Source: a virus. Taken from it: 64,000 nt of DNA. The stretch lies in IMG/VR virus record IMGVR_UViG_3300045988_137040. One strand, 5' to 3'. A program made the translations under genes and the position numbers. The stretch's first letter is position 1. Every line of letters starts with the position of its first letter. The notes beneath the pieces are model-generated. The model saw only the letters and a list, made by a program, of their open reading frames with translations, ran no database searches and was not told the origin of the DNA. Shown here one piece after another: positions 17,269 through 24,586 of this stretch.

Positions 17269-17347
17269 TTGCGGTTTCGCAAACATGTGCTTTTGTGCAA
17301 CCGCATGGTCGTGCAACCGCACGGTTGCACGACCATGCGGTTATGCA
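17269..17347. repeat. 8-bp-register GGTT/AACC box array O1, containing a 22-bp-arm palindrome
   Basis: caaccgca tggtcgtg caaccgca cggttgca cgaccatg cggttatg. Positions 17297-17346 form a near-perfect inverted repeat. Confidence 0.85.
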
Positions 17348-17349
17348 AA

Positions 17350-17703
17350 TTAATCACCTTCTTGCGATGGCTTCAAGGAGAGAGGTTTCGCTTCTTGCCA
17401 TCCTGTCTCCTCCACATATCCGTCTTTCTCTTTTAAGTACATGACACGCTGACCATTTAACCAGTGCCACACGAACCCTTGTTCCAGAAGCATCCTCTCT
17501 GCTTCCGGCCAAGGGTCTCCGATGTCAATGGTGGCTCGCATGCCCATGGCGTCTCGAAGTTGGCCTACATCCATGACCTCTACACCGAGGTTGAAATTAG
17601 GCCACGGCATCCAGCGACTCACAAATGAGAAGACCATCGTCTCTATGTTGCTTTTTGCGGAGTCAATATCCGTCACATACGTTGGTTTCTTGTCATTACT
17701 CAT
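17350..17703 (-). CDS. hypothetical protein (117 aa)
   Basis: ATG-initiated ORF between two octamer arrays in the terminase block. Confidence 0.55.
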   Translation of the reverse strand: MSNDKKPTYVTDIDSAKSNIETMVFSFVSRWMPWPNFNLGVEVMDVGQLRDAMGMRATIDIGDPWPEAERMLLEQGFVWHWLNGQRVMYLKEKDGYVEETGWQEAKPLSLKPSQEGD

Positions 17704-17726
17704 GATTTTCCCTTTTGATTTTATGT

Positions 17727-17790
17727 TACACGGTTGTGCGGTTACACGACTATGCAGCTATGCGGCTATGCGGTTACACGACTATGCGAC
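17727..17790. repeat. 8-bp-register array O2
   Basis: cggttgtg cggttaca cgactatg cagctatg cggctatg cggttaca cgactatg cgactcga. Includes an 18-bp direct repeat. Confidence 0.85.
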
Positions 17791-17800
17791 TCGAATAAGG

Positions 17801-18310
17801 CTAAACGTATAAGCCCTTGTCAACACATAGGTTCAACGGCTCTTCTCTTGTGAACTGTACGAGGACGGCAAACCAGCCGTTTTCCAAAGGTCCAACGGAT
17901 TGATAAGAAACGTCGGTATCGTCGAGGGCGATACGCGCGTAGTCGCCGTCCATCTTCCCCTCGTTTATTTCTTTGTCGTGCTTGTCGAGGAGCCACGCCA
18001 CGAAGTTGCGGGCATGATGCAACGCCTCTTGCTTTGCCACGGCAGCGTCATTGCCGTCTGCCATCTTGTTTGCTCGGACGAAGAAATAAACCGGGTAATT
18101 GAACTCTGGCCTGCGGATTGAGCCCCTGTCGCTCTCTATGGTGCTCTCCATCACGACACATGGCGACTGCATGTTACTTATGCCTTTGGCCATCTCAACC
18201 ACTCCCTTCCACGAGTCGGTGAACATGAACCGTATGTTCCCATTGTTCGGATTATGCAGCATATACATGTACCGTGAACACCAATGCTCTACTATTGAAT
18301 AGAATGTCAT
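17801..18310 (-). CDS. hypothetical protein (169 aa)
   Basis: ATG-initiated ORF in the terminase block. No motif recognised. Confidence 0.55.
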   Translation of the reverse strand: MTFYSIVEHWCSRYMYMLHNPNNGNIRFMFTDSWKGVVEMAKGISNMQSPCVVMESTIESDRGSIRRPEFNYPVYFFVRANKMADGNDAAVAKQEALHHARNFVAWLLDKHDKEINEGKMDGDYARIALDDTDVSYQSVGPLENGWFAVLVQFTREEPLNLCVDKGLYV

Positions 18311-18335
18311 GTCTCTTAAAATCTATGTTCTTGAT

Positions 18336-18372
18336 TATGCAACCGCATGGTTGTGCGGTTGGGCGGTTGCTT
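18336..18372. repeat. 8-bp-register array O3
   Basis: atgcaaccgcatggttgtgcggttgggcggttgc, with GGTT boxes every 8 bp. Confidence 0.8.
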
Positions 18373-18378
18373 GATTTG

Positions 18379-19440
18379 TTACTTGGGGATTCTGATTTTA
18401 TAAAACGCCGCAGTCTTTTTCATGCTCTCAGAAAGTTCCACGCCGAGCCCTATCAGTTCTTTAGCGTTCTCTTTCCATTGTTTCTTATGTTCAGGCGTGC
18501 CGGCAGGTCTTGGGTCCCGCAGCCACTTTTGGAGGTATTTAACACGTGCGGCTTTTTCCTCGTCGGTATATATCTTCGATGGCGCGCGTTTCTTTTTGTG
18601 TCTTGTTTGACGTTCACCATCCTGTCCCTTGTCAATACTCGGAGTTCGTGTCTCATCCGCCACCTTGCCGTTCTCGTCAAGGACATGCGCCATGCCTAAA
18701 TCATCCACGACAACACGTCCGGTGCTCGCCACTTTATCCCATTCTTTATCGAGCTCCCTTCTGAGGTCACCAATTCCCTTGTCGAGCGCCACGGCAGTTT
18801 TAGCCCATCGCTCCCTTTCTGTAGCCGTGGCTCCAACGTCATCCATGAGCAACCGCATGTTTCCGCGAGCAGTTCCAAGGTCTTTCATCATCTGACCATA
18901 ATTAGCCGCACGCTTCCGCGTCTCCTCTGGTAACAAATGTGCGTATTGGTCAATATGCTTCGGGCGAGGGACAGCCGCCCCAACCTCAGTGACGACAGCG
19001 TTTATTTTTGCGGTTGTGCTGTCTTGCGGTTGCACGACCGTGCAACTTTGCGGTTGTGCAGCCAACGTGGTATCATGCCCTGGTGTTGGCTTTACTCCTG
19101 GTCTTTGCAGACATTGTGTGAGGACATCTATAATACGGTGTATGCTGCGCTTGGCAGCCTTGGTATAAATCATGGTGGGTAGCCACGTGTCGACAATTCC
19201 CGCAAAGGGAGTCATTAGGCGCACGCCCTCGTTGAAGGCGTCTTGGGCGTCGGTAGACCAGCCACCGCACACTTGCTCAACGCTCATTATCCTCGCCGAC
19301 GGTTCATTGGCTTTAGGCAAAAGGATATTGGCTTCCTGCTTCAGCCACTCCCCTACCCTCTTAGAGAGGTCTTGCTTTTCGCCTTCCGTCATGTTGCTCA
19401 CTCTTCTAAGCCACTCGTTAGACGCTATCCGGTATATCAT
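18379..19440 (-). CDS. hypothetical protein (353 aa), containing intragenic octamer array O4
   Basis: Continuous ORF. The C-terminal half is charged and helical. Confidence 0.55.
   Translation of the reverse strand: MIYRIASNEWLRRVSNMTEGEKQDLSKRVGEWLKQEANILLPKANEPSARIMSVEQVCGGWSTDAQDAFNEGVRLMTPFAGIVDTWLPTMIYTKAAKRSIHRIIDVLTQCLQRPGVKPTPGHDTTLAAQPQSCTVVQPQDSTTAKINAVVTEVGAAVPRPKHIDQYAHLLPEETRKRAANYGQMMKDLGTARGNMRLLMDDVGATATERERWAKTAVALDKGIGDLRRELDKEWDKVASTGRVVVDDLGMAHVLDENGKVADETRTPSIDKGQDGERQTRHKKKRAPSKIYTDEEKAARVKYLQKWLRDPRPAGTPEHKKQWKENAKELIGLGVELSESMKKTAAFYKIRIPK
19008..19062. repeat. 8-bp-register array O4, inside the 353-aa CDS
   Basis: cggttgtg ctgtcttg cggttgca cgaccgtg caactttg cggttgtg. 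On the minus strand it encodes ...AAQPQSCTVVQPQDSTT... Confidence 0.8.
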
Positions 19441-19540
19441 ATTGATAGTATATAATTGTTTTATGGGCTAAAGATAATACAGACGTGACAAGTAGGCAAG
19501 GGCAAGGGCAAGAGTTCTCATTATTAAAAATGTTTAATAT

Positions 19541-19688
19541 TATGCGGTTTTGCGGTCGCACGGTTGTGCGGTTGCAGAATTTTCAATAACTTTGCATCGC
19601 TACAACAAAACAAGACCGTTCGATTTTGTGGTTACACAGTCGCACAACCGCATAATTGCAGTAACTTGCGGTCGCACATCTGCGCATA
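19541..19688. promoter_or_regulatory. parA-upstream centromere/operator candidate (arrays O5a 19541-19580 and O5b 19626-19688 flanking a promoter)
   Basis: O5a: atgcggtt ttgcggtc gcacggtt gtgcggtt. O5b: cgattttg tggttaca cagtcgca caaccgca taattgca gtaacttg cggtcgca. Between them lies TTGT - 19 nt - TAacTTTG (19563-19594). Confidence 0.55.
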
Positions 19689-19714
19689 TTCATATTTTAT
19701 ATAAAGCTACATTT

Positions 19715-20581
19715 ATGAGTAAGGTAAAATCTACACATCTCCGGCACATAGTTGCCGTGAGCAACAACAAGGGTGGGGCAGGGAAGACCACCACGGTATT
19801 GAACCTCGCTGCGGCAATCGCGCGCAAAGGCTACCACGTGCTTGTCATCGACACTGACCCTCAATGCAACCTCTCGCTCTCTGTAGGATGGGACACGACA
19901 AGAGAGGGCACGCGAACCAAACCTGGCGAGCCGACTATCTTCAATGCGATATGCCTCGGACAGAACATCCCCGTCTATCGCAATGAGACAGGGTTGTACT
20001 ATACGCCGTCATCTCCGCGCATGGAAGACGCCGACATCCACTTGAACAGCTCTGAGGTGACAGACCCTGTGCGTGTGTTGAAGATGCTCTTCGCTGAACC
20101 TATAGACGACCACACGGGCGAGGGCTTGAAAGAGTGGGAAAGCAGCTTCGACTTCATCTTCATCGACACACAGCCTGCCATGAGCCGAGTCACGGTCAAC
20201 GTGATATGCGCGGCCACGGGTATCATCATACCAGTTGAACTGGAGCCGTTGGCCGTTGACGGCTATGTCAAGACCATCGGTAAAATCATGAAGATTAAAA
20301 AGGTGAGCAATCCATCCCTGCAAATCCACGGTATCCTGCTCACCAAGAAAGACCGACGACTGGTAAGCGCACGGAGTTTCGAGGAACAACTGCGTGAGGA
20401 GGGAGACGTTTTCGAGACGACCATCAGCCGCACCAACGATGTGCCCAACTCGCAAGACCGGGACTACGACGAACGGCCCGGTATCTGTCACGACATCTTC
20501 AGCTACCAAAAAGGCAGAGGACGTGCCAAGGAAGATTTCACCAACCTTGCCGAAGAGTATATCAAGAAGTGGGGAAAGTAA
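19715..20581 (+). CDS. parA: ParA/Soj-family partition ATPase
   Basis: Deviant Walker A VAVSNNKGGAGKTTT and VLVIDTDPQCNLS. The start is set at the ATG at 19715; the listed ORF begins at a TTG inside the repeat array. Confidence 0.85.
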   Translation: MSKVKSTHLRHIVAVSNNKGGAGKTTTVLNLAAAIARKGYHVLVIDTDPQCNLSLSVGWDTTREGTRTKPGEPTIFNAICLGQNIPVYRNETGLYYTPSSPRMEDADIHLNSSEVTDPVRVLKMLFAEPIDDHTGEGLKEWESSFDFIFIDTQPAMSRVTVNVICAATGIIIPVELEPLAVDGYVKTIGKIMKIKKVSNPSLQIHGILLTKKDRRLVSARSFEEQLREEGDVFETTISRTNDVPNSQDRDYDERPGICHDIFSYQKGRGRAKEDFTNLAEEYIKKWGK

Positions 20582-20740
20582 CACAACCGCACGACCATGC
20601 AACTGCATAACTGCAATAATATGCAACCACTTAACTACATAACCGCATAGTTGAGCAGTTGGGCAGTTACTAAAACACACGTATGTGCAACTATGTGGTT
20701 GCATAGTTGTGTGGTCGCACAGATAAGCAACCGCAAAAAA
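20581..20740. repeat. 8-bp-register array O6 (20 consecutive octamers) between parA and the small downstream gene
   Basis: acacAACC gcacGACC atgcAACT gcatAACT gcaaTAAT atgcAACC acttAACT acatAACC gcatAGTT gagcAGTT gggcAGTT ... atgtGGTT gcatAGTT gtgtGGTC ... aagcAACC. Box orientation flips midway. Confidence 0.85.
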
Positions 20741-20748
20741 CATAAGAT

Positions 20749-21123
20749 ATGAACAAGAAAGAAAAACCGCAGCGCAGATCGCTAAACGCAAGAATAGACG
20801 CAGAGTTGGCAAGCGCAGAAAACATACCGTTGGCAGGAATGACCAGAGAGCCAGCAAAACCAGTGAAAACTCCATCGCAGAGCTCAACTTTGGGGCGGGG
20901 TGGGGGAGAGCCTATAGCAACCAAGAAGGCAACGACCATCATGCCCAAGGATGTGTTCGTGGCCCTGCAACGCTATTGCATCAACAAGGACACGCCCAAG
21001 CACCGTGCGCTCTATTTCTTCATCCTTGACGGACTGCATGCCGCTGGGGAAATCAATGATGCCGACTATCAACGCTTCCGCGATATGGCCGAGCAGATAA
21101 CTACGACATACGAAAAGAAGTAA
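20749..21123 (+). CDS. putative centromere-binding protein (ParG/RHH-like, 124 aa)
   Basis: Position directly after parA. The N-terminal half looks basic and disordered. The C-terminal TTIMPKDVFVALQRYCINKD...LYFFILDGL is compatible with a ribbon-helix-helix fold. Inference only. Confidence 0.4.
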   Translation: MNKKEKPQRRSLNARIDAELASAENIPLAGMTREPAKPVKTPSQSSTLGRGGGEPIATKKATTIMPKDVFVALQRYCINKDTPKHRALYFFILDGLHAAGEINDADYQRFRDMAEQITTTYEKK

Positions 21124-21136
21124 ACAATCAAGACAA

Positions 21137-21571
21137 ATGAAACAAGAAAAATTATTTACTATTCTCATGCTCCTCTTCCTGAGCATGATGGCCATCAGCT
21201 TCGCCGCGTGCAGCAGCAGCGACGACGAAGAGGACGACGGATCGCAACGTTACAAGAATCAAATCATCGGAACATGGTATTGCGACCGCGTTTCGTATGT
21301 GTTCGAGTCGGACGGCACCGGATGGTCTAACAGCGACAGCTGGGACGTTATTGCCCACTTCAAGTACACCATCGAGGGGCAAGGCGTGCAGATGCATCAG
21401 TTCACCTACGTTAACACCACCACTGGCAGTCTTTGGTACGGCGAGGACCAATCCGCTTCCTACAATCCTGAGCAGAACACCATGCGCATCGAAGGACGTG
21501 TCTTCACGCGTCAGAAGCCGACACACAAACCGCCCACAGAGGAGCCGGTGGACACCGTGGTGACGGAGTAG
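21137..21571 (+). CDS. lipoprotein (144 aa)
   Basis: Signal peptide plus lipobox MKQEKLFTILMLLFLSMMAISFAAC followed by SSSDDEEDD. Followed by an intrinsic terminator. Confidence 0.65.
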   Translation: MKQEKLFTILMLLFLSMMAISFAACSSSDDEEDDGSQRYKNQIIGTWYCDRVSYVFESDGTGWSNSDSWDVIAHFKYTIEGQGVQMHQFTYVNTTTGSLWYGEDQSASYNPEQNTMRIEGRVFTRQKPTHKPPTEEPVDTVVTE

Positions 21572-21607
21572 GGTAGGGCGTCCATCATCACACCCGACAC
21601 TTCAACG

Positions 21608-21637
21608 GCAAGGAGCGTGGCTCCTTGCCTTTTTTTG
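21608..21637 (+). terminator. intrinsic terminator after the par-lipoprotein operon
   Basis: GCAAGGAGC-gtg-GCTCCTTGC followed by CTTTTTTTG. Confidence 0.7.
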
Positions 21638-21894
21638 TTTGGCACTCACATCTATAGCCGACACTTCCGTTTTTGTCGGGATTTTCAACTTGCTAAATAC
21701 TTCTAACTCAAAGGTTTACAAATTTAGCTATTTCTAATTATTCTTTGAAGTTACTAATTTGTCGGTAAAGCTATAAATCTGTCATCAAAGTTGTGTTTTT
21801 CCGACCGACCTAATTATTAGGCAGTTACGGCTATATATTTGGATTATACTATATCGACCACTCTATATATCAACAACTTATGGACTTTGCCAAA

Positions 21895-22284
21895 TTGAGG
21901 ACAGATTAACAGCTAAAAGAAAAAATCAAAAATACTCGATTCTTATTATATAATTATTGGTATAGATAGTATATAGTATATAAGGCTTTGTAACTTATTG
22001 ATAATCAAATAATAGCAAGGTGAATTGAGGACAGATTAATAGCTTTTTGAGGACAGATTAATAGGTTTCGGGGGACAGATTAATAGCTTTTTGAGGACGG
22101 ATTAATAGGTATTATCTATGAATTGAGGACAAATTAATAGCTTTGGAAACTCCGACAAATAGGTAACTCCATATTATTGAGGACAATTTTATAGCTTTAT
22201 CAATTATTTAAGGAGTGCTAAAATTCAAAACTATCTGAAAATAAACACGTAAAGCCTTGTGTAATTGAGGACAAATTTATAACT
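21895..22284 (+). promoter_or_regulatory. iteron-type replication origin (8 iterons plus an AT-rich unwinding region)
   Basis: Eight copies of about 20 bp, consensus TTGAGGACAGATTAATAGCT, at 21895, 22025, 22047, 22069, 22091, 22123, 22177 and 22265. The central four are spaced exactly 22 bp apart. A very AT-rich tract lies at about 21925-22015. The last iteron overlaps a TAacTTTG -7 box (22280-22287) upstream of rep. Confidence 0.85.
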
Positions 22285-22350
22285 TTGCCAACAAATGGTA
22301 AAAGACATGGCTACAACTGTCCGAGCTACCACACATTAAAAGCTACAAAC

Positions 22351-23562
22351 ATGGCAAGAAAATCACGAAAGGCTGAGCAGCTCAAGCAAGAGTTGTTGAG
22401 CACAGTGCAGCAGCAGGAGCTGATTACTCAGCCTGTTACCTTCGCTTACATCAAAGGTGAGATGTCAGTGATGCAGGCACGTATTCAGACAATCATCATG
22501 GAGAAGCTGCAACTGCGCATCGCAAAGTTCTTAAAGGAGAGGGCGCATGATGGCTTTGCTGGATGCTTATTCTCCGATGAAGATTTCGCCCCGCTCAAGG
22601 GGGAAAATGACAAGAGCAGGTATCTCACGTTCAGTGTGAAATACTCAGAGCTCGGCATACCGTCGGCAAATTACCGCTACGTCTCGGACGCTGCGAGAGC
22701 CATGCAGGGCTCTTTGGTATATGAAAAAAGCATTGTTGACGACGGAAAGACTTATAAGCGATATATCGTTGCTTTTCCCGTAGTCGATGTCCCGGACGAG
22801 AGCCTTGGAGAGCGACGCACTGACATCAAGCTCCACATGACAGAGAGCACTGCAAAATATCTCTTCCGTATTACGCCCTATCACCGATACCTTAAAGACG
22901 CGGTGTTTCTATTCAACAGCGGATATACGGGCAGGATATATCTGCTTATCAATGCCAATAAGCAGTTGGGTACATGGAATATTGACTACGACGAGCTGCG
23001 CAAGATACTCCTTACCACCTATGACAAAGAAAATGATAAATATGTCTGTGACAAATACCCTGATATTAGGGATTTCAAGCGCCGTGTCCTCGAACCGGCC
23101 CGCAAGGAAATCATGGAGGTCGCAAAACGTATTGACTGCACTTTCGACTACGAAATAAAAAAGAAGCGTGGCTCGAATGAGAACATCAAGATAGTTTTCC
23201 ATATCCACCTCACAGACCTCGGAAAGAACATCAAGCAGGGGCAGCTGGAAAGCCAGGAGGCCGTGACGCTGCGCAATGCGCTGATGAACCTGCATATCAC
23301 CATCACCGACGCAAACAGGTTGATGAAGCAAGTCTCCGCCGAGCAATATCCAGCTCTAACCAACAAGGCAAGAGAACTGATGAAATACTACCAAGACGTC
23401 AGAGAGGGGAGGGCAAAGGGAGTCTCAATCAAGGACTACCGAGCCCATGCCGTTAAGTCCCTTCAAAACATTATCTTAGGAAAAGGCAACTTCTTCAGCG
23501 AAGCCGTCGAGATAAATGACAAGCCTATTTCAGAACCCCAAAAATCATTAAACGAATGGTAA
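22351..23562 (+). CDS. rep: plasmid-type replication initiator (Rep_3/RepB-like, iteron-binding)
   Basis: Lies directly downstream of the iterons. NSGYTGRIYLLI......GTWNIDYDELRKIL.....YPDIRDFKRRVLEPARKEI matches the second winged-helix pattern of the Rep_3 family (S.Y.iRlYell...G...i...eLr..L....Y..f.dfkrrVlepa.kEi). Confidence 0.75.
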   Translation: MARKSRKAEQLKQELLSTVQQQELITQPVTFAYIKGEMSVMQARIQTIIMEKLQLRIAKFLKERAHDGFAGCLFSDEDFAPLKGENDKSRYLTFSVKYSELGIPSANYRYVSDAARAMQGSLVYEKSIVDDGKTYKRYIVAFPVVDVPDESLGERRTDIKLHMTESTAKYLFRITPYHRYLKDAVFLFNSGYTGRIYLLINANKQLGTWNIDYDELRKILLTTYDKENDKYVCDKYPDIRDFKRRVLEPARKEIMEVAKRIDCTFDYEIKKKRGSNENIKIVFHIHLTDLGKNIKQGQLESQEAVTLRNALMNLHITITDANRLMKQVSAEQYPALTNKARELMKYYQDVREGRAKGVSIKDYRAHAVKSLQNIILGKGNFFSEAVEINDKPISEPQKSLNEW

Positions 23563-24434
23563 GAACAACGAAACCCAATTATACCGCCCTCTGGCAGCAG
23601 TGCCTTAACTATATCCGTGACCGTTACCCTAAGGGCGAGAAGTACGACCACTGGTTCAACGTCTGGTACGGCGACGTGAAGTTTGAGAGCTATGATGCCG
23701 ACAAACGTCAGTTGCGTATCAACGTGCCGTCGAAGTATGTGTACGAGTACCTCGAGACGCACCAACTGGAAACGCTCAATGAGGCTCTGCGGGCCACTTT
23801 TAAGGAACAGGTGGTGCTGTCCTACCATATAGCTCCGCAAGAGCCGTCATTCGCTGATATGGCTGCTTACCTGCAACGGCAGTCGGGTGGGGTAGGACAG
23901 GGTAAAATCCATATCCATATCGACAACGCAAGAGAACGGTTGGAAGATGGTTTGAAATACTATCTGAAGGATAAACCTGTCACATGGCTACCGGGTTATG
24001 AGCATATCGTCCGATGGTTGACCGACAACGACAACCGGGGACTGTTGTGTTTCGGCTATTCGGGGGTGGGAAAAACATTGATATGTCAAAAGATTCTTCC
24101 GATACTGATAGGCCGGCCCGTTGTCAGTGTCAGGGCAACAGACCTGCACGACCGTCTCGAAGAGCTGAAGCGTGAGCGCATCGTCGTCATCGACGACCTC
24201 GGCAAGGAGCCACGCAAACACTATGGCGACACCGACCAGAGTTTCTACGAGTTGTGCGACAATGCCGAGCATACTGGCAACATCCTTATCATCACCACGA
24301 ACCTCTCCACCAATACCGTTGACGACCCACACTATCCCGACAGCATAAAGAACCGCTATGGTGAAGAAGTTTTTACCCGGCTGAAGGCCATCACTCACAC
24401 CGCACGTATTGAAGCCGAGAGCCTGCGCGAGTGA
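23556..24434 (+). CDS. DnaA-N-like / DnaC-IstB-like AAA+ ATPase (putative helicase loader)
   Basis: Walker A GYSGVGKT and Walker B RIVVIDDLG. The N-terminus LWQQCLNYIRDRY....W...V....FESYD...LRINVPSKYVYEYLE resembles DnaA domain I. ATGGTAA overlaps the rep stop. Confidence 0.7.
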   Translation: MVRTTKPNYTALWQQCLNYIRDRYPKGEKYDHWFNVWYGDVKFESYDADKRQLRINVPSKYVYEYLETHQLETLNEALRATFKEQVVLSYHIAPQEPSFADMAAYLQRQSGGVGQGKIHIHIDNARERLEDGLKYYLKDKPVTWLPGYEHIVRWLTDNDNRGLLCFGYSGVGKTLICQKILPILIGRPVVSVRATDLHDRLEELKRERIVVIDDLGKEPRKHYGDTDQSFYELCDNAEHTGNILIITTNLSTNTVDDPHYPDSIKNRYGEEVFTRLKAITHTARIEAESLRE

Positions 24435-24437
24435 TAT

Positions 24438-24543
24438 GGGCGCCGCTTCGCAGCTTGAAATTAAACGTAAAATTATCCGTAAAATTAAACTTAAAATTAT
24501 TCAACCAACCAAGGCTTGCTGAGAGATAGGGTAGTGGGCGCCC
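24438..24543. repeat. composite repeat, copy C (half-size variant)
   Basis: GGGCGCC...GGCGCCC closing stem and GCTTGAAATT, followed by four direct 12-bp modules (aattaaacgtaa aattatccgtaa aattaaacttaa aattattc). Located at the convergent junction between the replication module and the late block. Confidence 0.75.
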
Positions 24544-24586
24544 AAAGGAAAGGAATTGATGCGACCAGTATCAATTCCACGTCTCT

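Noticed and set aside
20009-20887. 292-aa minus-strand ORF across parA
   Set aside because: It is antisense to ParA, which has a clear Walker A motif. It continues through octamer array O6, which generates its odd HSC/TTMQPH peptides.
21895-22284. CRISPR array, suggested by regularly spaced 20-bp repeats
   Set aside because: The spacers are only about 2 bp in the core (22-bp period) and irregular elsewhere. The repeats are degenerate, there are no cas genes, and the position upstream of a Rep_3 gene fits iterons.
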